The translations under genes and the position numbers were made by a program. A DNA stretch of 64,000 bases. Source: a plasmid. Positions within the stretch are counted from its first letter, which is position 1. Every line of letters starts with the position of its first letter. Shown here in pieces: positions 17,601 through 26,308 of the stretch. Location of the stretch: assembly GCF_056746865.1 (NCBI RefSeq), contig NZ_JBWKMP010000003.1; one strand, 5' to 3'. Below the pieces are notes generated by a model that was not told the DNA's origin, searched no databases, and worked only from the letters and a program-made list of their open reading frames with translations.

Positions 17601-20600
17601 CAGCAAGCTGTCTTTAATGCTGTGGAAATGGGGCGTCTTGACCTGGCGTCTGGTAAACACCGTGATGCGCAGAAGAAGAACAAGATTAAGGATCAGGCCG
17701 CGAATACCGGTACAACGAAGAAGCAGAATATCCCGTACTTTGAGGATATGAACTTCGATAGCGTGATAGCCGACGAGGGGCATAACTACCGCAACTCCTT
17801 TAATGCCGGGCGTGAAGCGGGACAACTGGCATATTTGCCTAACCCGGCAGTATCCAAGATGGCCCGCGACATGGCTGTAAAAGCTGCGTACATGATGAAA
17901 CGCAACAACGGGCGTGGTGTAGTCATGCTGACGGCAACACCGCTGGTGAACAGTCCGATTGATGCCTTCAACATGCTGTCTACTGTCATTCCGCAGGAAG
18001 AGTGGATGCGCATGGGCATCATTACGCCTGATGATTTCGTTCGTGTGTTTGGTAAAACAGCCACAGTTCAGGTCCAGAAAATTTCCGGGGAAGTGGAAGA
18101 GAAGCAGGGGCTGGTTGGCTTCCAGAACCTTGATGGCCTGCGTGGTATTTTCCATCGCTGGACTACTCTGAAGACTGCTGCGGACGTCGGGGCGACGGTT
18201 AAAATCCCTGATATTGTCGAGAATACCTTGCAGATCCCGATGACAGGGGAGCAGGAGGCTGCTTATGAAGAGCTTCGTAAGCGTGCACAGGAGTTAAGTA
18301 GTAAAGATGCGCTGACGGTTGATGAAAACGGGCATATCACAAACGAAAAACCGGATGATTTCATCTTCTCCATCATCCGCGACATGGATAAGGTTGCTAT
18401 AGATCCGGATCTGTATGCCAGTGCGATTACATTCCAGTTCCCCGTTGAGCTTGCAGACAAGGTAAAAGCTATTGCTGATGCCCTGCCAAAAGTAGCTGGC
18501 GGTAAAGTGGCAGATGATGCAGACGAGGCCGAAGAAGACGGCGCTGGTGGGCTGGTTAGTACGCGCACCAGTAAGGTAGTGAAGACCACCTTTAGTGAAC
18601 ATCCGGCGCATGTTGAAATACGTGCCAGCATTGAACTGGAAGCTGAAATACTGAAGGCCATTGCTGCCGCCGGGATTGATATGCAGCAGGTATCACACCC
18701 AATCCCGCCGAAGTATGCCGCGCTGATCGAAAACCTTCGTGAAGGTCTGAAGAACGGTAAACAAATTGTCTTCATTGATGAAAAAGCCCAGCACCAGAAG
18801 CTGCGCCGTATTATCGCCAGTGCACTGCAAATGCCGGAGCAGGAGATAGGCATTATCAATGCGACGACCGTTAGCCAGGCTGGCGGCATCAAGCTGAAGA
18901 AGGTGAATAAGCCGACTGAACCTACTCCGAATAAAAACGGTGAATACAAAGAAGGGGCATGGGAAACCTACTACAGCAAACTTGCCCAATATGAGGATTA
19001 TCTCTCAGCTAAAAATGATGCTGGCCTTGAGGGTATGGAAGGCATTGCCGCCGACTATAACGAAGGGCGCACGCGCATAATTATCTGTAACAAGAAGGCT
19101 GAAGTAGGTATTAACCTGCATATCGGGACAACCGATATCCACCACCTGACACTACCCTGGACACCAGCCAGTATCGACCAACGAAATGGGCGCGGTGCGC
19201 GCGTAGGTTCACCGCAAGAGAAGGTCAATGTTCACTACTATTGTGGCAAAGGCACATTCGACGACTTCCGTCTGGATACGCTGAAACGTAAGAAAGACTG
19301 GATCAAGATGGTAATGACCTCCGACATGTCAGAGATCGCCAATGGTGATGCGGATGATGCTGATGAACGCGCCATTATGCTGGCGGCAAACCCGGAAGAA
19401 CGCCGCGCAATCATGGCTCGCCAGGCGCAAGAGCGTGAAGAACGTCTGAAACTGAAAGCACAGCGCGAGGCCAACAATGCTCTCGATATCTACCTGAAAG
19501 CGGCAAACGCCGCTGGAAAAGATATCGGCATGATGGAGACAGAACTGAAAAGCGCGATGGAACAGATAGAGTATTACCAGCGAAATCTTGACGACCTGAT
19601 AAAAGCGGGTACGAACAGGAATGGGCAAAAATTCGCGCTTGAGCAGTTGAGTAGCTACAGAAAACGTGCGCGGGTGCTGCGGTTTGCGATCACCAGGGCA
19701 AAAGACGCGGATACCATAATGAAACGCTCTCGTGGTGATGTGGAGCGCGCTATTAAGTCTGGTGTGCTGGATATCAGTATCGATGTTATTCAGAACCCAC
19801 AGGAATATATGCGCACTGACAAGAATATCCTGTTGCATAAAGGTAGTTATTACCGTGCAGTCATTGATGATCGCGAAACAACAGCGATTGTCCGGGTGGA
19901 AAAAATTGACGGTGAAAAAGCACAATACCTCTGCCGTATCGCCTGGCTGGATAGAGCAAGTCGTTACGCTCGATCACCGGGGTCAATCGTTACATTGCCG
20001 TTTGACTCTGTGATTGAAGCGGTAACTTTTGAAGAGGGGGTAGCTGAATCGCGCGCAACGGCTGCGCGTGGTGTTCAGTGCCACCAGCTATCAACAATAC
20101 TTACTCGCGATCAGTTCTATGATGCTATTCGCAATGGGGTAATGAATGTTATTGCTGGTAAACCTGGTAATGCATGGGGCGGTGGGTCAGCTATTAAATA
20201 CTGGGCATATCGCACAGATGATGGTCAGATCGCGCTGTCATCGGCCTATGATGGCGTGATAGGCCAAAAAATCGGGCGAGCATCGGATATAGCACCTGAA
20301 CGATGGATATATCCAGATGGCAACGATGAGGCGCTGAAGCGTGAAGTGGCAAAAATACAAGCCAGTGATAACCCGCTGAATATCGTGGACGGCGAGGGAT
20401 TCCTCCAGGCATTGTATGGGTATGATTACATCCAGGGAATGCAGGCATGGGGCGCACAGGCAACGATGGATGATGTTGTCCAGGAGTTCGAAAACTGGAT
20501 GGCTGGGCGTGGTCTGTCAGGTCGTTCGCTTAATAAAGTCACTTCTGAAGATATTCTTAGCTTGTTCCGCAAACCGTCCGGAGAAGGTCTGGAATCATTC

Positions 20601-21485
20601 TGGAGGACCGTGCTGGCATACCGTTTATTCAAGGGCAGAATGAAAGCCTTTAGCAATATCGATGATATTGAACGGATGTTTAATCAGGTCAAGATCGCCA
20701 AAATTAAGACGAAGATCGAAAAAACACGTTCTGCGCTGGTGGCCTGGCGCGATGCATTGTTTGAGCAATATAAATCACTCAGTGATGCAGATGGATGGGC
20801 GGCATTGGAACAGTTGGCGAATAATGGGGTAGATGGAGCGAAACTCGCCATAGTCCAGGCTGATAACCCCCTGGAATCACCGGCAGCACAGTGGATTAAG
20901 GTGGGGGCTGTCATCAATGCATTTGATGAAAAACACATTAGTAAGGACGATTTTGCTGATGCTGTTTCTGTTAATCGCCTGGTAGAAATGGCTACCCGCC
21001 GCGCCCGTGAGTTGAAAGACGGTGACTATGTGAATGAGTTGCCGGATGCGCTCAAATCAGCAACGTGGCAAGACTATGTATCGCTGAAAAACGGCGGGGC
21101 CACCGAATCAGAGATCGCGGAAAGGCTTGAACAGGCTGAAAGCAAAAGAGAAGAGCAGGCGGCAGTGGCTGAAGCAAGAGCTGATGAAGCGGCGAATGAT
21201 GACTATATCATTGTGGTTAATGATAAGCCGATTCGCGCTAAGGCGCGTGTTCGCGGGCGCTGGTGGAGTGTCAGCGAGGACGTCGGTGCGGTTTATCTCA
21301 TTGCCGACCAACCTGGTTCCTCGACAATACGGAACGCCAAAGACGCGATTAAGAAGATTGGCGGGCGTTTCTGGAATTTTGAAGCAAACCCGGTTGCTGA
21401 TGTGAACTTTGACCGTCCTGCATGGATGGTATCTACGCGTTACTCGTTAGATGAACTGCGTAAAATAATCGCCGATGCGGCCTAA
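14634..21485 (+). CDS. darB: DarB-like antirestriction protein: N6-adenine methyltransferase fused to a DExH helicase
   Basis: 2283 aa (P1 DarB is about 2255 aa). MTase motifs VLEPSAGTGIF and GNVPFG. Helicase motifs GFGTGLGKTT, DEGHNYRN and QRNGRGARVG. The start may be the TTG at 14649 (SD GAGGGGG). Confidence 0.9.
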   Translation: MRGLPLDKIIDSISQATSIGALIEIVSRLHKPRAVVTFGVKKVDGVSIQKTRRTANNAAVDLLNSLPPGFDGAKLTDEQRQILAGYTGEGGLTDGEGSQYEYYTPQFMAEGIWDLFGDYGIDSGHVLEPSAGTGIFQETKRQGMIMTSAELSPISGRINQLLHPEDDVNIGAFEALAAKDAMYDHAVGNVPFGEGRSGVAGLDPAYANEKNVGNYFVLRTIDKVKPGGLIVLVVPNGMTDGTKYKKLRDKVSRKAEFLGAHRMPSGTFSESGTDTVVDVWVLRKHPETFLEMIPDTDDATLKSANVLWDTFLKGKWFTTEGKRFVYGDMERTSFRNTLVVKKDGRVSNESMKTALSRRFESRINWDLLGVTTQAWQGAKVGDKRLVGGIWHEFDGLKWVKDTTTKSSALDVSRYGVSTFGDLQIAFQSTNGILALSWDQISAIASDYPSVVSDEVAAMIRFAGKQREKDRERVMRGALIGQLINKALDLRNLGVNVDDKLADASRLAAAEVAKYGPPHAIKLNGLAEAGAKNWMTFTGNVKQDGSTSDLLAGRLDVTDGAAGIDFTRPEQVIAHLFSDVALNPITLGDFREAFAGELPEDDDAALEYLAKFDDIAIDGYGCLLPMDRATSGDIVTKTALLVGWRDASTGEQKANFERQLAKIEEKRIFTPLNKVTVNLNARWLDRRLIKEFLAEQGYDEFKYTEPDLKVVDGILVSPDDYEGKDGVFTGYQLRTVNGKNGNEFKKANNKDGFLNQLENYLNGVKPRGQNANEYLDKIAQLEVSFNDWLRTHPQADQIARDYNDAFNGFIPFTHSNAPLGLEGISGKRIPLTYQNEEVRRLSEDGRGIMGFGTGLGKTTTALALEAYNFETGRTKRTCIVVPKAVYQNWYHEAQSFYSADAFANMMFIGLDEVRDDSGNILTAPVLDENGEPRLDSNGQPLTRNVVKESASAVIVQRMNMIPSSNWRTVIMTKEQFASIPLREKTIEENSQQAVFNAVEMGRLDLASGKHRDAQKKNKIKDQAANTGTTKKQNIPYFEDMNFDSVIADEGHNYRNSFNAGREAGQLAYLPNPAVSKMARDMAVKAAYMMKRNNGRGVVMLTATPLVNSPIDAFNMLSTVIPQEEWMRMGIITPDDFVRVFGKTATVQVQKISGEVEEKQGLVGFQNLDGLRGIFHRWTTLKTAADVGATVKIPDIVENTLQIPMTGEQEAAYEELRKRAQELSSKDALTVDENGHITNEKPDDFIFSIIRDMDKVAIDPDLYASAITFQFPVELADKVKAIADALPKVAGGKVADDADEAEEDGAGGLVSTRTSKVVKTTFSEHPAHVEIRASIELEAEILKAIAAAGIDMQQVSHPIPPKYAALIENLREGLKNGKQIVFIDEKAQHQKLRRIIASALQMPEQEIGIINATTVSQAGGIKLKKVNKPTEPTPNKNGEYKEGAWETYYSKLAQYEDYLSAKNDAGLEGMEGIAADYNEGRTRIIICNKKAEVGINLHIGTTDIHHLTLPWTPASIDQRNGRGARVGSPQEKVNVHYYCGKGTFDDFRLDTLKRKKDWIKMVMTSDMSEIANGDADDADERAIMLAANPEERRAIMARQAQEREERLKLKAQREANNALDIYLKAANAAGKDIGMMETELKSAMEQIEYYQRNLDDLIKAGTNRNGQKFALEQLSSYRKRARVLRFAITRAKDADTIMKRSRGDVERAIKSGVLDISIDVIQNPQEYMRTDKNILLHKGSYYRAVIDDRETTAIVRVEKIDGEKAQYLCRIAWLDRASRYARSPGSIVTLPFDSVIEAVTFEEGVAESRATAARGVQCHQLSTILTRDQFYDAIRNGVMNVIAGKPGNAWGGGSAIKYWAYRTDDGQIALSSAYDGVIGQKIGRASDIAPERWIYPDGNDEALKREVAKIQASDNPLNIVDGEGFLQALYGYDYIQGMQAWGAQATMDDVVQEFENWMAGRGLSGRSLNKVTSEDILSLFRKPSGEGLESFWRTVLAYRLFKGRMKAFSNIDDIERMFNQVKIAKIKTKIEKTRSALVAWRDALFEQYKSLSDADGWAALEQLANNGVDGAKLAIVQADNPLESPAAQWIKVGAVINAFDEKHISKDDFADAVSVNRLVEMATRRARELKDGDYVNELPDALKSATWQDYVSLKNGGATESEIAERLEQAESKREEQAAVAEARADEAANDDYIIVVNDKPIRAKARVRGRWWSVSEDVGAVYLIADQPGSSTIRNAKDAIKKIGGRFWNFEANPVADVNFDRPAWMVSTRYSLDELRKIIADAA

Positions 21486-21521
21486 CAGATAAGGAGCGGC
21501 CCCAACCGGGGCCGAATTTGA

Positions 21522-21956
21522 ATGACGACATTAATTGACACTGTAAAACCGACGGAATCCTACCTTGAGGACATTTTGCCGCAGGCGCTCAATGGCAGGA
21601 GTGAAGAGGCGTTTCTGGATGCATATCTGGATGGCATGGCGGAAAGGCTGAAAAGAGATCCACAGCTTTATCATCTTTATGGGCCGTGGTGGCCTGCGCT
21701 TAAAACGTTATTGCTGGAGCGTGGCGACATATCATTTGGACAAGTTGTAGATAGTGATGTGGCAGAAATCTACAAAATGAGTCGCCCGGCGCTTACGGTT
21801 TTAGCCGGGCATCTGTATTCGAGCGATCGCCTGGAAAATGACGCGGTATACAATCCCGTTCATGCTCTGGAAGTCGCGCCTTATGCTGATGATACAGAGC
21901 CATACGTATACACAAGTTACGACGAGTCTATAGAGAAATATCGAATCGTGGGGTAG
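21522..21956 (+). CDS. Hypothetical protein
   Basis: 144 aa, tightly packed after darB. The SD is separated from the ATG by a hairpin (see findings). Confidence 0.7.
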   Translation: MTTLIDTVKPTESYLEDILPQALNGRSEEAFLDAYLDGMAERLKRDPQLYHLYGPWWPALKTLLLERGDISFGQVVDSDVAEIYKMSRPALTVLAGHLYSSDRLENDAVYNPVHALEVAPYADDTEPYVYTSYDESIEKYRIVG

Positions 21957-21958
21957 CC

Positions 21959-22219
21959 ATGCGGAAGAATCGTAGGTTTACGATCGACGACTTAAAAGCG
22001 TACTCACAAGGGAAGGGATACGCCCTTGAATACCACCGTTATAAGCGGGTATTTACCCTGCGGCATATAGAAAACCCTTCGAAATGGGGATGGATTTATT
22101 TTCCGCACACTGACGATAAGCTGGTGGGACTTGTTGATGATTTATCCTATGAAGGATGGATGATTGCTATCGACAAGGCGGTTACGGAAATTAACGAACC
22201 TGATAAAATAAACCATTAA
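21959..22219 (+). CDS. Hypothetical protein
   Basis: 86 aa, starts 2 nt after the previous stop. Confidence 0.65.
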   Translation: MRKNRRFTIDDLKAYSQGKGYALEYHRYKRVFTLRHIENPSKWGWIYFPHTDDKLVGLVDDLSYEGWMIAIDKAVTEINEPDKINH

Positions 22220-22395
22220 AAATAACAAGTTGGGTAAATGACATACAATTTACCCGGCTTGTTGACCCGCATCACCATTTACTCTAAAAACAAGTCCGAC
22301 CTGTTGCATCCGCCTATCTCTTCAGTAGTATTCCCCTCGGTTTTGATAAAACTAACGCTCTTGTTATTATCGTGTTCATGATTTCAGGAAGTTTG

Positions 22396-22409
22396 TGTTA
22401 GAAATTTGA
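22396..22409 (+). promoter_or_regulatory. Operator half-site TGTTAGAAATTTGA
   Basis: Motif family member overlapping the start region of the VRR-NUC gene. A possible promoter, TTGATA-16-TATTAT, lies at about 22343-22370. Confidence 0.5.
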
Positions 22410-22852
22410 TGCGAAGACGCAGGCATCATAGTGCGTATTCTGAAATATCCCCGCACGCTGCTGCACTGAGAGAGTTAGAAAGAAATCCTGACTTATTAAA
22501 ACGGAATTACGAACATTACGAACAGGTTCGCGTTCTGGATTGGCTGTATCGCAACATGCGATACGTGTATGAGCACACACACTCAACACCGAACGGCGGC
22601 CTGAGAGGCAAAAGGACAGCCATTAAGATGGTGGCAGAAGGTCAGAAGAAGGGCTATCCGGACCTTTCTATTGACCTTGCTCGTGGTGGGTATCACGGAA
22701 TGCGCATTGAGATGAAGCACGGGAGAAACCGTCTGACTCCCGAACAGCTCGTCTGGATGACTCGCCTCACGGAAGCAGGCTATTACTGCTTTGAGGCGCG
22801 CAGTGCCGATGAAGCCATAAAAGCTATCACGGAATATGTAAATCTTGATTAA
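22409..22852 (+). CDS. VRR-NUC domain nuclease (PD-(D/E)xK)
   Basis: ..KKGYPDLSIDL..GMRIEMKHGRNRLTPEQLVWMTRLTEAGY.. is the VRR-NUC signature. Start uncertain (ATG 22409 or TTG 22406). Confidence 0.75.
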   Translation: MRRRRHHSAYSEISPHAAALRELERNPDLLKRNYEHYEQVRVLDWLYRNMRYVYEHTHSTPNGGLRGKRTAIKMVAEGQKKGYPDLSIDLARGGYHGMRIEMKHGRNRLTPEQLVWMTRLTEAGYYCFEARSADEAIKAITEYVNLD

Positions 22853-22866
22853 ACGGAGAAATCGTT

Positions 22867-23067
22867 TTGCGTTTACTTAACGTGGCTGAACTTATCCCTG
22901 CCGGTGCTAACGTTGTTGCTCGTCGCTGCTCATGGCCTCATTCTTTCTGTATAGAGCTTAAAAAGATGGATGATGGGGCATTAGAAGCCCGAAACATAGT
23001 TACCGGCGACAAGGTATGCATTACCCCGGAAAGCGCGAAAGCCAATGATTGGGAGTTTGTTCATTGA
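22867..23067 (+). CDS. Small DUF2829 (Tad2-like)-type protein
   Basis: 66 aa, TTG start with SD ACGGAG. Pattern VARRCSWP......ANDWEFVH. Confidence 0.5.
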   Translation: MRLLNVAELIPAGANVVARRCSWPHSFCIELKKMDDGALEARNIVTGDKVCITPESAKANDWEFVH

Positions 23068-23375
23068 GCAGAAAACACCACGTAAATCTGACGTTTGCTG
23101 ATGACGCCGGAAGAACCAGAAGCATAACCATGAAAGTTGCTTCCAGGAAAGTAACCGCGCCACTTATACGAGAGGCCGTAAGTGAACTTGATATGAGTGA
23201 GAATGCAGCTCTGTTATCGGTAAGCTGGCTGGGGAAAATGACGGATCAGGAATACTCGGATGGTATACCCCACGGTGAGCGGCAGATAGTAAAGCGCGCG
23301 TTTAGAATTTCAGAGGTAGTTGTCGTACTGATAGCTTTGATTTATATGGCATACATGCTACTCCAACACGTCTAA
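23049..23375 (+). CDS. Hypothetical protein with C-terminal transmembrane helix; start uncertain
   Basis: The C-terminus VVVVLIALIYMAYMLL is hydrophobic. Possible starts are TTG 23049, TTG 23064 and ATG 23130. Confidence 0.5.
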   Translation: MGVCSLSRKHHVNLTFADDAGRTRSITMKVASRKVTAPLIREAVSELDMSENAALLSVSWLGKMTDQEYSDGIPHGERQIVKRAFRISEVVVVLIALIYMAYMLLQHV

Positions 23376-23385
23376 ACGGTCATAA

Positions 23386-23408
23386 ACCCGCCAGTTGGCG
23401 GGTTTTTT
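23386..23408 (+). terminator. Intrinsic terminator
   Basis: AACCCGCC-AGTT-GGCGGGTT followed by TTTTTG. Confidence 0.8.
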
Positions 23409-23460
23409 GTTGCCTGAGTCTTTTTATTGAAATTGCATACTAATAAAATATGTTAGAAAA

Positions 23461-23474
23461 CTAATTTCAAGAAA
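23461..23474 (+). promoter_or_regulatory. Operator half-site TGTTAGAAAACTAA
   Basis: Lies 11 nt upstream of the 23485 start. Confidence 0.55.
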
Positions 23475-23484
23475 GGGAACAAAC

Positions 23485-24693
23485 ATGAGTCAGCAAGTAG
23501 AATCATCAAGCCTGGAGATCATCTCAACCGCAATTGAAACGCTGCGGACACAAATCGCGCTTATACAGAAACGAAATCCGGGCGATGACCTGTCAAAGCG
23601 ACTGCATGAGAGCGTCATTGCCACTACAGATAACCTGGTGGCGGAAATCAACCAGCTCCTTGATGATGGGGCAGTTGATTACAATAAGCTGGTGGATCAG
23701 TTTGAGGAATATCAGCAAGCCGTTAATGATGGCTTGATCCGTTTTTCTCAAGTCACTGGTGTATCAGCGACAGTTGAAAGCCTGGGGGATGCAGTTAATC
23801 AATTTGCCGCGAATATGCGTAATGAGATCGGCAATCTGGAGGCGCGTCTTGAGCAGGCAAATACACTGCGCAAATCTGCTGAAGTCGATTTGAGTCGTTA
23901 CAAAAAAGACTATCCGCCAAGCCTGACAAAACGACTGGATGTTGCGGAGAAAGATAACCGCACGCTGAAAAGAGAGCGTCGGGAACTAAAAGAGCGTTTA
24001 ACCAAGCTAAATCAGCAATGCGTTGAGTATCAAGGCGAACTCGTCACACTGCGTAAAAAGTTAGCAGCGGCGCAGAGCATTATTGAAACATTGAAACGAG
24101 AGTGCTCAGAGCTTGGTCATGATCTGAATCGCGCCTGTGGCATGGGGCAAAGGCCAGAGACATTCCCGCTAATGTATGACGGAAGAGAAGCTATTGCCTA
24201 TATCCATGAGTTTCCGCATGGTCTGGTCGCGGAGACTGGGCAACGTGGCGAAGCGTTGCTGACGGCAAATTACCATCAGCAAATCAGAACCAGCCGCCTG
24301 CTGACGATGGATGTGATCCCGTCAGTATGGGGAACGCCGCTTTACTACCGAATTCCTGGCTTCGAAACTGACTGGAATACCGACATAGACGAATGTCTGG
24401 CAGATAAAATTATGGCGTACCTTGAAACGGATTTTCCACGCTTGCATCGCCGGATTATGGACTCTAAGGATGCACCGATCGACGAATTGAAAATGCGTCC
24501 AGAGACGTTGGAGGCAATCAAGCAGACTGAGTTTGATACAGTGTTCAGTGTGGCCTGCATTCCAAGCAGCTTTCATGAAAGCATTCCGTTCATGCAGGGC
24601 GATCGCCGTCAGGAAATAATTGATGCTTGCCGGGTATGGGCGAACGAGTGGGATAAGAAGAACGGTGGAGTTGAAAATCTTTACGGGAAATAA
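23485..24693 (+). CDS. Hypothetical protein with N-terminal coiled coil, operator-flanked
   Basis: 402 aa with SD AAGGGAAC. The first ~210 aa have heptad-like coiled-coil character. I recognise no catalytic motif. Confidence 0.8.
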   Translation: MSQQVESSSLEIISTAIETLRTQIALIQKRNPGDDLSKRLHESVIATTDNLVAEINQLLDDGAVDYNKLVDQFEEYQQAVNDGLIRFSQVTGVSATVESLGDAVNQFAANMRNEIGNLEARLEQANTLRKSAEVDLSRYKKDYPPSLTKRLDVAEKDNRTLKRERRELKERLTKLNQQCVEYQGELVTLRKKLAAAQSIIETLKRECSELGHDLNRACGMGQRPETFPLMYDGREAIAYIHEFPHGLVAETGQRGEALLTANYHQQIRTSRLLTMDVIPSVWGTPLYYRIPGFETDWNTDIDECLADKIMAYLETDFPRLHRRIMDSKDAPIDELKMRPETLEAIKQTEFDTVFSVACIPSSFHESIPFMQGDRRQEIIDACRVWANEWDKKNGGVENLYGK

Positions 24694-24695
24694 TG

Positions 24696-24725
24696 TGTTA
24701 GAAAATTAAAATTGTTTTTCTAACA
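24696..24725. promoter_or_regulatory. Inverted operator pair TGTTAGAAAATTAA-aa-TTGTTTTTCTAACA
   Basis: Bivalent operator abutting the promoter of the RNA island. Confidence 0.65.
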
Positions 24726-24727
24726 TA

Positions 24728-24756
24728 TTGATTATGTAGTTAACTTAACATAGAAT
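24728..24756 (+). promoter_or_regulatory. Sigma70-type promoter TTGATT-17 nt-TAGAAT
   Basis: Good -35 and -10 hexamers with 17-nt spacing. The predicted start falls just before the 12-bp-stem hairpin at 24763-24830. Confidence 0.55.
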
Positions 24757-24845
24757 TTTTCGTGCTGGTGGGGAGCTTCCCATGTCGCTTGCGGGTTTGA
24801 TAGTCACTTCATTGTCTTTCCCCACCAGCATCAAACAAATTTAAG

Positions 24846-24859
24846 TGTTAGAAAGTAAA
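24846..24859 (+). promoter_or_regulatory. Operator half-site TGTTAGAAAGTAAA
   Basis: Motif family member inside the RNA-island leader. Confidence 0.45.
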
Positions 24860-25129
24860 TTTTAAGGTAAGGGAAAGCTCCGGCACCGTGCAAATACATG
24901 CCCGGCAGGTTTAGTGCGTAAAGTGGTTTCAGCGAGAGCATTTTACGGAGTAAACGACAGTGACTTGAGCCACGGAAGGTCTTTTTATGGTGTTCATTGA
25001 TGATGATCTGGCAGTGAGTATGTTAAGTGGGCCAGGCTGCATCGGGTCATCATCAGTGCACATCCTCAACGTTAAGGAGGCGCAGAGTTGGGTTTTCCTC
25101 TTATTTTGCTGACTCTGAGTCTCCTTAAC

Positions 25130-25229
25130 GTTGCGGTAATGCACCTATGCGGATGTGGCCTTGCATTGTGTCTTGAAAGAATGGGGTAAGGCCGGGGATA
25201 TCCCCAGGGGGAGGCACCCCCGCTGCAAC
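25130..25229 (+). ncRNA. Structured element U1 (undescribed family, tRNA-shaped)
   Basis: Closing helix GTTGCGG / CTGCAAC. Conserved TAATGC box. Hairpin GGGGG-AGGCA-CCCCC lies 1 nt before the 3' strand. Confidence 0.55.
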
Positions 25230-25552
25230 GAACAGCCACAGACGGCAGTCGAGTGATGGAAACGTGCAAAGACTTTAAACCTCGTTACGGCTGGCGTGGC
25301 AAACGCGACAACCGAGACAGAGCGGTGACGGGCGGAGAGAGAGCCGCTTCAAGATAAAAGCCGACTATGGATTCCTTTCTGCGGGCCTTTGAAAGTGAAT
25401 CTTGCTCAGGCAGTCGGCTTTTATGTTGATACGTAGCGATAACCGCGACAGGCGCGGCGGTAAGTATGGCGGGGTTATTCCTTCCCCGTTGAGGACACCG
25501 AGTTGCCAGGTTGACCATACGCCTAAGTGGCAATACCGCGAGTGGGATATTT

Positions 25553-25577
25553 GCCCACCTTCGGGTGGGTGTTTTTT
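25553..25577 (+). terminator. Intrinsic terminator inside the RNA island
   Basis: GCCCACC-TTCG-GGTGGGT followed by GTTTTTT. Confidence 0.8.
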
Positions 25578-26039
25578 CAGTGTTTTCGTCATGGTTAGCG
25601 ACTTTGCGGCGGTTTAGAACCCGACCATTAAAGTAAATGCAAACGATGATCTGATGATGGTAGCGGCCTAAGAAGCCTGACGCCACGGGGTATGAGTCGT
25701 CCCCCGTCAAAAAAATCGACCGCAGAGTGTCCCCGTCTGTGTATTAGGGAACGGGGAGGCATAACAGGCAAGGGCGCTGGTGTGATTAACCAGATGAATG
25801 AGAAGGGTCAGGTCTTTCTGGTCAGCGCCCTTACCTGTTACGTCCCTCCCGCGTAACAGCCATTGGTTAATGGCTTTCTGGGATAATGTCTTGTAACGGG
25901 TATATCCCGTCATGCTGAAGGCGCTAATCACGCTGGAAGCCAGGGTTATGCATCCCCTGTTACCGAATTGCAGCCAGGGCGCGGTGCGCCGAAAAGCATA
26001 CGGAGGTGGAAGCCCTCGCCGGAGACGTACCCGGCAAGT

Positions 26040-26114
26040 GATGGTGTAGCTCAGTGGTAGAGCAGTTGGCTGTTAACCAACTGGTCGGTGGTTCGAATCC
26101 ATCCACCATCGCCA
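26040..26114 (+). tRNA. tRNA-Asn (anticodon GTT)
   Basis: Full cloverleaf: acceptor GATGGTG/CACCATC, D stem GCTC/GAGC, anticodon stem GTTGG/CCAAC with loop CTGTTAA, T loop TTCGAAT, encoded CCA. Confidence 0.95.
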
Positions 26115-26116
26115 AT

Positions 26117-26192
26117 GCCGGTTTAGCTCAGTTGGTAGAGCGCCTGCCTTGTAAGCAGGATGTCAGCGGTTCGAGTCCGTTAACCGGCACCA
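26117..26192 (+). tRNA. tRNA-Thr (anticodon TGT)
   Basis: Acceptor GCCGGTT/AACCGGC, anticodon stem CCTGC/GCAGG with loop CTTGTAA, T loop TTCGAGT, encoded CCA. Confidence 0.95.
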
Positions 26193-26200
26193 ACACAACA

Positions 26201-26275
26201 GGTAAGGGTATTTTGCGACGTCGGAGATCGCCGAGCTTGGCAGAGGGTTCGAATCCCTACGAAGTACCCTTACCG
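26201..26275 (+). ncRNA. Aberrant tRNA-like element (canonical T arm, 10-bp terminal helix, no cloverleaf)
   Basis: GGTAAGGGTA..TACCCTTACC terminal helix encloses GAGGGTTCGAATCCCT (T arm) displaced by a CGAAG bulge. There is no D or anticodon arm and no CCA. Confidence 0.4.
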
Positions 26276-26308
26276 TTGTGATGAATGCACAGGCTGATGT
26301 GCCGCAAC
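26275..26308 (+). ncRNA. Structured element U4 (minimal copy)
   Basis: GTTGTG / CGCAAC helix (one U.G pair) encloses ATGAAT plus hairpin GCACA-GGCTGA-TGTGC. Confidence 0.45.

Noticed and set aside
15971-19925. Several 100-230-aa minus-strand ORFs inside darB (e.g. 15971-16540, 18263-18949, 19329-19925)
   Set aside because: They are antisense shadow ORFs of a 6.8-kb gene with clear MTase and helicase motifs. Their Ser/Ala/Arg-rich composition is typical of such shadows.
25285-25710. 141-aa minus-strand ORF (and the overlapping 25365-25592 and 25402-25617 ORFs) inside the RNA island
   Set aside because: Arg/Pro-rich, low-complexity translation with no SD. It spans a + strand terminator and long hairpins, so it looks like a shadow frame of structured RNA.
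26054-26281. 75-aa + strand ORF in the track
   Set aside because: It is read straight through tRNA-Asn, tRNA-Thr and the tRNA-like element. It is an artefact of the RNA genes.
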